Positions 1 to 8,423 are shown, counted from the first letter of the stretch. The stretch: 64,000 nucleotides of DNA from a bacterium (GCA_021787535.1 JAJYLR010000001.1:492321-556320); one strand, 5' to 3'. The notes: generated by a model not told the origin, from the letters alone. Numbers and translations: made by a program.

Positions 1-251
1 GATTGCTCCGCTTATAGAAGTTGCTTTATACATATCCCGCAATTTTAATGCTTCCCTCAATTTCAACATCTTGTTTGTGCTCAAAAAGCCGAAATTTAGC
101 ATTAAAATCTTTTTCCTTTATAAAGCTAAAAATCATAAGTTTGAACGTAAACTGTGCTCATTTTTCCACATTTTGTTCTTGACAAAGCTTTTTCGCTCGT
201 TCAGGATAGCATTACGTGTAAAAAAACATTAGAGGAAAGGAGGTGATAGAT

Positions 252-407
252 ATGGCAGATGCAACAATGGGTTACTGTGTAAAATGCAAAGAAAAAAGAG
301 AAATGCAGGATGCACAAGAAGTTACTATGAAAAACGGCCGAAAAGCTATGAAAGGTAAATGCGGCGTTTGTGGTACTGGAATGTACAAGATTTTGGGTAA
401 AGCTTAG
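252..407 (+). CDS. Small zinc-ribbon protein, DUF5679-like (51 aa; below ORF-track cutoff)
   Basis: MADATMGYCVKCKEKREMQDAQEVTMKNGRKAMKGKCGVCGTGMYKILGKA; two CxxC pairs; strong SD AAGGAGGTGA just upstream. Confidence 0.85.
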   Translation: MADATMGYCVKCKEKREMQDAQEVTMKNGRKAMKGKCGVCGTGMYKILGKA

Positions 408-426
408 GCTTAACTTTTTGAGAATT

Positions 427-490
427 TAAGAGCCTGTTCAGAGTTCCATATTGAGTTAAAATTTCAATGTAAGCTGTGAACAGGCTCTTA
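427..490. repeat. 64-bp imperfect palindrome with 14-bp perfect terminal arms (MITE-like or terminator)
   Basis: TAAGAGCCTGTTCA (427-440) and TGAACAGGCTCTTA (477-490). Confidence 0.6.
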
Positions 491-570
491 GTCCGTTTAA
501 TAAACATATTCAGAACGGGTTCTCCACCTGCACAAAAGAAAATATACTATCTCTTGATGGCATATTTTCT

Positions 571-742
571 TGGTACCGCGTACGGGATTCGAAGCGGCTC
601 AACCGCTCTTTTTATATTCGATTCCAAAACAATAAAACAGTTGAAAAATTGAGACTTTTCGTTGCTTGATTTATGCGGCTTCAGACGAGTTCTCACCCAT
701 ACACACAGAAAACTGCCAAGAAAAGGATTCTTGCCAGTTTTC
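571..742 (-). repeat. tRNA-linked unit ending in a 23-bp duplicate of the tRNA-Glu 3' end
   Basis: 571-593 is identical to 743-765; flanking motifs are shared with the unit at 37391-37569. Confidence 0.85.
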
Positions 743-819
743 TGGTACCGCGTACGGGATTCGAACCCGTGATCTCCTGGATGAGAACCAGGTATCCTAG
801 GCCACTAGACGAACGCGGC
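743..819 (-). tRNA. tRNA-Glu (CTC)
   Basis: GCCGCGTTCGTCTAGTGG...CCTGGTT-CTC-ATCCAGG...GGTTCGAATCCCGTACGCGGTACCA; encoded CCA; promoter TTGAGG-17-TATAAT at 859-831. Confidence 0.97.
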
Positions 820-844
820 ATGACCTAGAAATTATAGCAAAAAT

Positions 845-981
845 TTGCCGATCCCTCAATGATCTGCTAAAATTCATATATGATAACAAAACGATTTTTT
901 AGCTTTTTCTTCTTTACCGGTCTTGCTTAGCGGAAGATAGTTTGAAAATTGTTCATAAAATCTTCCGCAAGGAAGATTTTT
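845..981 (+). promoter_or_regulatory. Promoter plus ribosome-mediated (Phe) transcription attenuator
   Basis: TTGCCG-17-TAAAAT (845-873); 1:2 helix 892-912/933-951; 2:3 helix 926-938/960-971; 3:4 terminator AAAATCTTCC-GCAA-GGAAGATTTTT. Confidence 0.75.
880..930 (+). CDS. Phe-rich leader peptide MITKRFFSFFFFTGLA
   Basis: 6 Phe codons in a 7-codon run; ATG at the predicted transcription start; overlaps attenuator helices. Confidence 0.75.
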   Translation: MITKRFFSFFFFTGLA

Positions 982-1010
982 AGATTCCGGGGGTCAAACC
1001 CGGAATGACA
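982..1010 (-). repeat. GTCATT-tailed REP-like palindrome
   Basis: Reverse complement TGTCATTCCGGGTTTGACCCCCGGAATCT. Confidence 0.8.
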
Positions 1011-1071
1011 GGGTAGAGGAAGATTTTTTTATTTGTCATGTACCATGACTAAAGTCTAGAAAGGAGATGCG

Positions 1072-1338
1072 ATGTCATCACCGGATGAACTCATTTCCAA
1101 GCTCGATCTTATGGTGATGAGGAATGAACCTATCGACAGAAAGCTTATTACTCCTATTAAAATGGAAAGGAATTTTTCTGACCTCGATATCCAGATGATG
1201 TTCGAAAAGGCGCTCGACGGAATGTGCTGGCATGCAGATCATGGCATGCCAACCGCGGTCCTCGAATACGCTCATCTAGTCGCGCACCTAAAAAATGAAA
1301 AGGAAAGAAGGGAAGCAAAAAGCATAACTCATGCGTAG
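1072..1338 (+). CDS. Hypothetical protein (88 aa)
   Basis: SD GAAAGGAG upstream; followed by a terminator. Confidence 0.7.
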   Translation: MSSPDELISKLDLMVMRNEPIDRKLITPIKMERNFSDLDIQMMFEKALDGMCWHADHGMPTAVLEYAHLVAHLKNEKERREAKSITHA

Positions 1339-1360
1339 CTACCAGTGTCTTTCCCTAAGA

Positions 1361-1391
1361 AAGCCCCGAAAAAAAACGGGGCTTCTTTTTT
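1361..1391 (+). terminator. Intrinsic terminator
   Basis: AAGCCCCG-loop-CGGGGCTT followed by a T tract. Confidence 0.8.
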
Positions 1392-1443
1392 AGCAACCAA
1401 ATTCATTTTGACTAAAGCGCTTGTTTTATAGATAATAGAACCC

Positions 1444-2388
1444 ATGAGAAAAAAGATTATTATAGGAGGATTGGTTCTGGCCGTCTTTTTTGTTTTGTCT
1501 CTTTCTTTCGGCAAGAAAGACAGTACTGCGAATCAGGCAAGCAATATCAATCCCAAGGTTGCAGCTCAGAAAGCAGCTTTAGAGAAAAAACAAATTGAGC
1601 AATACCGCCAAAAATACTCGCTGGACGAAGCCAACACTGCTTACAACGACTTTATGATTCAGGCCAAAGAAGGAATAGTGGTTGACGCGGAAAATGGCAA
1701 GGTTTTATACGAAAAAGACGCCCACGTGCCGCTTCCTCCGGCCTCAATTACTAAGATTTTAACCGGTACTATAGCCCTTGAAACATATGACATGAACCAG
1801 AAACTCACCGTCTCTAAGCACGCCGCCAATATGGAGGCCTATAATATGTCAACTCGGGCAGGTGAAAAACTCAAGGTCGAAGATATTATGCATGGACTCT
1901 TTATGATCTCGGCAAATGACGCGGCGGTGATTTTGGCCGAAGGAATCGACGGTAACGAAAAAACATTTATGGCTTTAATGAATGAGAAAATCAAGCTTTT
2001 GGATCTCAAAAATACAACATTTAAAAATCCTTCCGGCCTTGATGAACCAGGCCACGAGTCAAGCGCTTATGATATTTCAAAAATTACTTATTATGCCCTT
2101 AGATCACATCCGGAAATTTTAAAGTACATGGGTGATAAAGATCCTTACTCTATCGCTAAAACTGACGACAATGACGCTCACTACTGGCCCGGACATGTTT
2201 CACTGACTATGCGAACTTATCCTGAAATGCTGGGAGCAAAAACAGGGTTTACCGACAATGCTAGAAATACTTTTATTGGCGTAGCCCAAAAACAGGAACA
2301 TAAGTTTATTTTCGTCTTCATGGGTTCAGATCGCGGCAATGAAGATGCACATGCGCTCTTGAACTACGGCTTAACACATATTGAATAA
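1444..2388 (+). CDS. D-alanyl-D-alanine carboxypeptidase (peptidase S11)
   Basis: N-terminal TM/signal; PASITK (SxxK), SAN (SxN), KTG motifs. Confidence 0.92.
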   Translation: MRKKIIIGGLVLAVFFVLSLSFGKKDSTANQASNINPKVAAQKAALEKKQIEQYRQKYSLDEANTAYNDFMIQAKEGIVVDAENGKVLYEKDAHVPLPPASITKILTGTIALETYDMNQKLTVSKHAANMEAYNMSTRAGEKLKVEDIMHGLFMISANDAAVILAEGIDGNEKTFMALMNEKIKLLDLKNTTFKNPSGLDEPGHESSAYDISKITYYALRSHPEILKYMGDKDPYSIAKTDDNDAHYWPGHVSLTMRTYPEMLGAKTGFTDNARNTFIGVAQKQEHKFIFVFMGSDRGNEDAHALLNYGLTHIE

Positions 2389-2455
2389 GATTTTAGCTTG
2401 CCAAATCAAATATAAGTTCGTTATAATAACTTTAGTACTTATGTCTTAAATCCAA

Positions 2456-4159
2456 GTGAAGGAGGGTAATATAGAACTGGTAAGCTTGGGAGATTTAGAG
2501 GATCGGGATAAACTTGCTGATATAAGCAAATATTTTTTGTACTGCGTACTCGGACTAAATGTTATTGTTCTTCTAACTTTTTTAAGTTTAATTTTTTTGG
2601 CACGCAGCCAAGTTGGCGCAAATAATTTAGCAAAGATCACTCTAGGTATTGCCGTAACGGGAATCATCGTATTTTTCCCATCGCTGAAGGTGACTAAGAT
2701 GGAGCCAAAATATAATCTTTTGTTGCAATCATCTTTCATCTTGGCATATTTTGTAATTTTACTGGAGTTCACCGGCGGTACAGAGAGTTTATTTTATCCC
2801 CTAATTTTTCTTTTTATTATTTTGTCGGCTTTTTATTCACTGGTTGCCGGCATTTTAGTCGCAATCACTGCCTTTGCTTATTTTTTCTACCGCGAGCTAT
2901 ATTTAAATGGCCAAACATTAGCGCGCTTCTTTGTGCTAAATGGTTCCGGCCTTTTGACTCTTGCTTTAACTATAGTATTCTCTAGCTTGCTCGGCTTGAA
3001 ATATAGAAGAAGTACCTCAGAAAAATCAAGTCTTGAACAATATTCCAAAGATATCTCGGCTGATCAATCAAAAGATGAAGCAATTTTCGCTAATATCGGC
3101 GATGGCATATATGCAGTGAACACAAAAAGAGAGATGATACTTTTTAATCAAAGTGCAGAAAAGATCACTGGATGGAAATCAAAAGATACCCTTGGTCTTC
3201 CATGTAAAAAAATTATGAATTTAAAGGATGAGCAAAGCGTAAGCGTATGCGACAAGGACTGTCCGGCGCTTAGGGTTTGGAACACGGGAGAAAATATCAC
3301 GCGCGATGATCTCTGCTTTTTTGGAAATAGTAAAGAAGATTTAAGGATTGAGGGTACCTATGCTCCCATTAAGGATAAGGATGGAAAAGTCACCGGGGCA
3401 GTTTGTGTTTTTCGGGATGTGACTAAAAAGAAAGAAGTTGAGAGAATGCGCAGCGAATTTGTTTCAACAGCATCCCACGAGCTGCGTACGCCCATTACGG
3501 CAATATCCGGCTATATCGAACTGGTTTTGAATAATAAAGTCTGTACGGTTGACGACAAAGCAAAAGAATATTTAGGTAAAGCTTTTCAAACAGCCGCTTC
3601 AATGTCTAACTTAATTAAAAATCTGCTTGTCGTTACAAAAATCGAAGATAGAAAATTGCAATATAATGTCACTAATTTTTCTATGAAAGACTTGGTAGAA
3701 GAGGTAATAGAGGTTTTTCAAAATAAAGCTAGGGAGAAAAATATTGATCTCAAGTTTGAATCAAACCCGAACCTGACCGTAAAGGGTAAGGTGATTGATA
3801 GATCATTAAATGTCAAGGCCGACAAAGAACAAATCAGGGAAGTTTTGAATAACTTAATTGAAAATGCCATTAAATTTACTGCGAACGGAGGGGTGACAGT
3901 TTCGATCAGTTATGACAGCGACTTTGCAACCGTATGCGTTCGCGATAACGGAGTCGGCATACCTGAAACCGGGCAAAAGCATCTCTTTGAGAAGTTTTAC
4001 CAAGTTGATAATTCGGCCACAAGAGCAGTTGGCGGTACGGGTCTGGGACTCTATATCACAAGGGCAATTATAGAAGCGTTTGGCGGAAGAATATGGGTAA
4101 AAAGTATTGAAGGACAGGGCAGCAGTTTCTTCTTCACTGTACCCAGAGCACTTAGCTAA
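2456..4159 (+). CDS. Membrane sensor histidine kinase with PAS domain
   Basis: Several TM helices, PAS, H-box SHELRTP, NLIENAIKF, DNGVGI, GTGLGL. Confidence 0.93.
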   Translation: MKEGNIELVSLGDLEDRDKLADISKYFLYCVLGLNVIVLLTFLSLIFLARSQVGANNLAKITLGIAVTGIIVFFPSLKVTKMEPKYNLLLQSSFILAYFVILLEFTGGTESLFYPLIFLFIILSAFYSLVAGILVAITAFAYFFYRELYLNGQTLARFFVLNGSGLLTLALTIVFSSLLGLKYRRSTSEKSSLEQYSKDISADQSKDEAIFANIGDGIYAVNTKREMILFNQSAEKITGWKSKDTLGLPCKKIMNLKDEQSVSVCDKDCPALRVWNTGENITRDDLCFFGNSKEDLRIEGTYAPIKDKDGKVTGAVCVFRDVTKKKEVERMRSEFVSTASHELRTPITAISGYIELVLNNKVCTVDDKAKEYLGKAFQTAASMSNLIKNLLVVTKIEDRKLQYNVTNFSMKDLVEEVIEVFQNKAREKNIDLKFESNPNLTVKGKVIDRSLNVKADKEQIREVLNNLIENAIKFTANGGVTVSISYDSDFATVCVRDNGVGIPETGQKHLFEKFYQVDNSATRAVGGTGLGLYITRAIIEAFGGRIWVKSIEGQGSSFFFTVPRALS

Positions 4160-4210
4160 CTATTGCATTAGAAGTATTTTTTTTAGTAATATTATCTTTA
4201 GGAAATAAAT

Positions 4211-4597
4211 ATGGCAAAAGTATTACTAGTTGAAGATGATATCGCGCTCCGAGAAATTTACTCGGCCAGGTTTAGCGCAGAAAATTTCGAGGTCGTCACT
4301 GCTGACGATGGAGAACAAGCGCTTTCTCAAGCTATTAAAGAAAAGCCGGATATTATCATTCTTGATATTATGATGCCAAAAATCTCCGGTTTCGATGTTT
4401 TGGATATTTTAAGAAGCACCCCGGAAACGAAAAATACTAAAGTGATTGTTATGAGTGCTTTATCTCAAGAATCAGATATCCAGAAAGGCAGACAGCTTGG
4501 GGCAGATGCCTACCTTGTAAAATCTCAGACAACTTTATCTGACGTCATTGCTAAAACCAATGAGGTTCTTGGCGGTACCACAAACCAAGCCACTTAA
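4211..4597 (+). CDS. Single-domain response regulator (REC)
   Basis: VLLVEDD, LDIMMP, GADAYLVK. Confidence 0.93.
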   Translation: MAKVLLVEDDIALREIYSARFSAENFEVVTADDGEQALSQAIKEKPDIIILDIMMPKISGFDVLDILRSTPETKNTKVIVMSALSQESDIQKGRQLGADAYLVKSQTTLSDVIAKTNEVLGGTTNQAT

Positions 4598-4671
4598 TCT
4601 AAATTAAATTAAGATGATTCCGAAGGGATTTTTTATTTGGCTAAAAAGCTTACCACTGGTATAATTTGAGT

Positions 4672-5976
4672 ATGAAAAGAACACTGACCACTGATATAAA
4701 TAGACAAATTGGAAAAGAAATCACGCTTTATGGCTGGATTCACAAGCTTAGAAAACTTGGCGGCATCAGTTTTATTGTTTTGCGCGACCGTGCCGGACTG
4801 GCCCAAGCTGTTATTGATGGCGCGAGAGAAAATGATAAATTGAAAGAACTGACCACCGAAACGGTTGTGAAAATAACAGGAAAAGTTGTCAAAGAAGAGA
4901 GGGCTCCGTACGGCGCAGAACTTCATGACGCAAAGATTGAGGTGCTTTCACCGGTTAAAGAAGATATCCCGATTGCGATTAATAAAAAGGAAATAAATGT
5001 CAATCTTGATACCTTGCTTGACAACCGACCAATTACGCTAAGGAGTCCGAAACAAAGAGCGATTTTTAAAGTTCAAGCTGAAATAGTTGATGAATTCAGG
5101 AAATTTCTGACACAAGAAGGATTCACGGAGATTAACAGCCCAAGCATCGTTTCCTCCGGACTTGAAACCGGTGGAGCAGAAATGTTTGAAGTGAAATATT
5201 TCAAGCAAAAAGCATTCCTTTCCCAAAGCCCCCAGATGTACAAGCAAATTCTTGTTGGAGTTTACGAACGTGTTTTTGAAACTGCTTATATGTACCGTGC
5301 CGAAAAGCACTCTACTTCAAGACATCTCAATGAATATATGTCGCTTGACCTTGAGATGGGTTTCATAAATTCGTGGGAAGACATCATGGATCTGGAAGAA
5401 AAGTACTTAAATGTTCTCATAGAAAAATTAGGCAAAAATTGTACTGAACAGTTTGAAATGTTGGGAATCGATTTGCCGCAAATGTCAAAACGCATTCCGC
5501 GAATGAAGCTTATAGAAGCACAAGAAATATTAGAGAAAGAGTATAGGGAAAAGTGCCTTGGCGCGCCGGATCTTGATCCCAAACAGGAAAGGCAAATCTG
5601 CGAATATGCGGCAAAAAAGCACGGAAGCGAGTTTGTCTTCATTACGCATTACCCGAGCAAAAAAAGGCCTTTCTACACTTACGATGATCCGGATAATCCA
5701 AAAGAAACTTTGAGTTTTGACCTTCTTTTCCGAGGCCAGGAAGTGACAACCGGCGGACAGCGGCTGCATATTTATGAAGATTATATCAAGAAGATGAAAG
5801 ACAGGGGAATGGATCCGAAAAATTTTGAAGACTACCTGAGCGCCTTCAGGTATGGCATGCCTCCGCACGGCGGACTAGCCATAGGACTTGAACGCCTGAC
5901 GGCGCGTCTTTTGAATCTAGATAACATTCGCGAAGCTTCACTTTTCCCGCGCGACATTAACCGCCTGAGGCCATAA
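4672..5976 (+). CDS. aspS: Aspartate--tRNA(Asp/Asn) ligase, short archaeal-type non-discriminating form
   Basis: OB fold GWIHKLRKLGG, LSQSPQ, YRAE, GMPPHGG, GLERL, LFPRD; no GAD insert; ATG 6 nt after TATAAT. Confidence 0.92.
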   Translation: MKRTLTTDINRQIGKEITLYGWIHKLRKLGGISFIVLRDRAGLAQAVIDGARENDKLKELTTETVVKITGKVVKEERAPYGAELHDAKIEVLSPVKEDIPIAINKKEINVNLDTLLDNRPITLRSPKQRAIFKVQAEIVDEFRKFLTQEGFTEINSPSIVSSGLETGGAEMFEVKYFKQKAFLSQSPQMYKQILVGVYERVFETAYMYRAEKHSTSRHLNEYMSLDLEMGFINSWEDIMDLEEKYLNVLIEKLGKNCTEQFEMLGIDLPQMSKRIPRMKLIEAQEILEKEYREKCLGAPDLDPKQERQICEYAAKKHGSEFVFITHYPSKKRPFYTYDDPDNPKETLSFDLLFRGQEVTTGGQRLHIYEDYIKKMKDRGMDPKNFEDYLSAFRYGMPPHGGLAIGLERLTARLLNLDNIREASLFPRDINRLRP

Positions 5977-6666
5977 ATGCTAACCGTGAGGGATAAAACA
6001 TTCGAAGGGCCGCTAGATCTTCTTTTGAATTTGATTGAGAAAGAAAAACTCGACATTTGCAAAATTTCTTTGGCAAAGATCACAAACTCCTATCTTAATG
6101 AGATTCAGAAGATTGACACATCAAATGAAAAACTAGCTGATTTTTTAATCGTAGCATCCAAGCTTTTGTATTTAAAGAGCCAAGCGGTTCTGCCGCTCCT
6201 CTCACCTAAGGAAGAAGAGGAAATTGATGATCTGGAAACGCAGCTCAAAGAATACAAAAAGTTCAAGGAACTTTCGCTAAAGTTTTCAGAAATTATCGAT
6301 CAAAACCAAAGATCTTTTGAACCGGGTGTCAGGAATTTTCAAACAGATTTGTTTCTGCCTCCGGTCGGCATAGACCTGGCATATCTAATGAATGTTTTAA
6401 ACGACGTTTTGAAGCGCATGCCAAAGAAAGAAAAGAAAGAGGAGAAAAAAATGGAAGTCAAAGTGACTCTCGAAGAAAAGCTAGAACAACTCTCTGCAAT
6501 AATCAAGAAAAATAAAAAATTTTCATTCCATCAGATTATCGAAAAATCAAAAAGCAGGGGAGAGGTGATCGTGACATTCCTCGCTCTTCTTGAAATGATT
6601 AAAAGAAAGGCTGTCAAAGTCAGCCAGACGAAAAATTTTGGCGACTTAACGGTACAAGGGATATGA
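5977..6666 (+). CDS. scpA: Segregation and condensation protein A
   Basis: FEGPLDLLL; VTFLALLEM. Confidence 0.93.
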   Translation: MLTVRDKTFEGPLDLLLNLIEKEKLDICKISLAKITNSYLNEIQKIDTSNEKLADFLIVASKLLYLKSQAVLPLLSPKEEEEIDDLETQLKEYKKFKELSLKFSEIIDQNQRSFEPGVRNFQTDLFLPPVGIDLAYLMNVLNDVLKRMPKKEKKEEKKMEVKVTLEEKLEQLSAIIKKNKKFSFHQIIEKSKSRGEVIVTFLALLEMIKRKAVKVSQTKNFGDLTVQGI

Positions 6667-6667
6667 G

Positions 6668-6946
6668 ATGGTTACTTTTGTCGGCCTTATAGCGTCAATC
6701 TTAACAGCAAGCGGGCTCGTACCGCAGGTGGTTAAAGGATTTATCAGAAAAAAAGTTGAAGATGTTTCCATGCTTTTTATTGTAATAGGCGGAGTCGGTA
6801 CGTTTCTGTGGTTTGTCTATGGTATATTAATTATGAACGGAGTAATCATCTTTGCAAACTCTATTAATGCCACCTGTTATGCTCTAATGTTTTTGCAAAA
6901 GGGAATTTATAAAGAAAGGGTGATGGAATGTCAAAAAACAACCTAA
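6668..6946 (+). CDS. SemiSWEET / PQ-loop transporter
   Basis: 3 TM helices, VPQV, EDVS, LWFVYG, ANSI. Confidence 0.8.
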   Translation: MVTFVGLIASILTASGLVPQVVKGFIRKKVEDVSMLFIVIGGVGTFLWFVYGILIMNGVIIFANSINATCYALMFLQKGIYKERVMECQKTT

Positions 6947-7446
6947 AATCACAAATCGAAAGCCTGCTGCTTGCCTCCGGGAAGCCTATTTCTTTAAAGG
7001 AAATGGCGCATATCATTGGACAAAGCATGGCCGATATTCAAAAAGAGATTAATTCTTTGACTCAAGAATATAGGGAACGGGGGCTTCGCATTATCAAACA
7101 AGGCGAGAGTTACTTCATGACAACAGCCGGAGAAAACGCGGAAACAGTCGCCAAATTTTTAAATGAGGAGTTGCGCTATGAACTGTCGCCGGCGGCGCTT
7201 GAAGTTCTGGCAATCATAGTTTACAGGCAGCCGATTACCAGATCGGAAATAGAGAATATTCGCGGTGCCGACTCGTCCAAACCACTCAGAACTTTGATGA
7301 TAAGAGGGTTGATTTGTGAAACCGGGCGAAAAGACGCTCCCGGCCGGCCAATTCTATATGGCACAACGGTGAAAATGATGACATATCTGGGAATAGAAGA
7401 CGAGGGACAACTGCCAAAGCTAGAAGAAGTATTACCAGCAACCTAA
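6928..7446 (+). CDS. scpB: Segregation and condensation protein B
   Basis: LEVLAIIVYRQPITRSEIENIRG; PGRPILYGTT. Confidence 0.95.
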   Translation: MSKNNLKSQIESLLLASGKPISLKEMAHIIGQSMADIQKEINSLTQEYRERGLRIIKQGESYFMTTAGENAETVAKFLNEELRYELSPAALEVLAIIVYRQPITRSEIENIRGADSSKPLRTLMIRGLICETGRKDAPGRPILYGTTVKMMTYLGIEDEGQLPKLEEVLPAT

Positions 7447-7459
7447 TTGCCACCCGGAT

Positions 7460-7483
7460 TGTCATTCTGGCTTGGCCAGAATC
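7460..7483 (+). repeat. GTCATT-tailed REP-like palindrome
   Basis: TGTCATTCTGGCTTGGCCAGAATC. Confidence 0.8.
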
Positions 7484-7660
7484 AATATTTTCATTTGCCT
7501 TCACTTGTCTAAACCGAGGTAGGGAAGTGAATCTACCACACTTAATTATGAAGGGGTGAGGAATGCTTTGTTGCGTAATACTACACTAATATGTATTAGT
7601 GTAGTGGTGGCCTCTCTTTTTATCATTCCCGCACACACGAAGATCTATTATAATCAACTT

Positions 7661-8422
7661 ATGCGTATCAATAAGTACATTGCTTCTTGCACTAACTTAT
7701 CCCGCCGAAAGGCCGAGGTGCTGGTTTTGACGGGCAGAATAAAAATAGATTCTTCGCCTGTCATTCCCGTCCGCCGAGAGTCGGGTAAACATCCGGCGGG
7801 AATCCAGTCAACTGCTGAGACCGTAACAAATTTAGCCACTGAAGTTAGTCCTTCTGACAAGGTATATTTAGATGACAAATTGATTACTCCCCAAAGATTT
7901 GTTTACTATGCGCTTAATAAACCGGTTGGGTACACAACAACGACTTCCGACCCACATGCCGAGAAATTGATTACCAACCTCGTCCCAAATGATCCGCCCG
8001 TTTTTCCGATCGGCCGGCTTGACAAAGACACCTCCGGACTTATATTTCTCACAAATGACGGCGACTTCGCCCAGAAAATGACTCACCCAAAATACGAGAA
8101 AGAAAAAGAGTATATCTTCCAAACTGACCGAAAATTATCTGAGGAATCACTTGAAAAATTGCGAAAAGGAATTGAACTTGATGACGGCATAACCGCACCC
8201 GCAAAAGTTAAATCCCTTGCCAAGGGATGGACCCTTGGCAGTCATTCTGGCCCTGACCAGAATCTATATTCCATCACCATTCACGAAGGCCGAAACCGCC
8301 AAATCCGCCGAATGATTGATGCCGCCTGCGCAAAGGTGATCACTTTAAAGAGAATTAGAGTAGGGGATTTTGAACTAGGGGATTTAAAAGAAGGAAAATA
8401 TCAAATCTTCAAGCCAAAATGA
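7661..8422 (+). CDS. rluB: RsuA/RluB-family pseudouridine synthase with two in-frame repeat insertions
   Basis: MRINKYIA..SRRKAE (S4 domain), NKPVG, GRLDKDTSGL, EGRNRQIRRM; follows scpB; start re-placed to the ATG after TATAAT. Confidence 0.9.
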   Translation: MRINKYIASCTNLSRRKAEVLVLTGRIKIDSSPVIPVRRESGKHPAGIQSTAETVTNLATEVSPSDKVYLDDKLITPQRFVYYALNKPVGYTTTTSDPHAEKLITNLVPNDPPVFPIGRLDKDTSGLIFLTNDGDFAQKMTHPKYEKEKEYIFQTDRKLSEESLEKLRKGIELDDGITAPAKVKSLAKGWTLGSHSGPDQNLYSITIHEGRNRQIRRMIDAACAKVITLKRIRVGDFELGDLKEGKYQIFKPK

Positions 8423-8423
8423 T

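Noticed and set aside
1-102. Possible 5' part of a minus-strand gene running off the window
   Set aside because: Only 23-34 codons are visible, with no recognisable motif.
571-593. Second tRNA-Glu gene or prophage att site
   Set aside because: Only the 3' 23 nt are present, 172 bp from the gene, and there is no integrase or phage gene; treated as part of the fold-back unit.
7556-7660. N-terminal ORF extensions of rluB, dac2 (9179), pth (12532), rplA (34086), secE (35456), rpmG (37914) and mraZ (32875)
   Set aside because: They run through promoters, repeats, operators or a tRNA; family homology begins at downstream ATGs.
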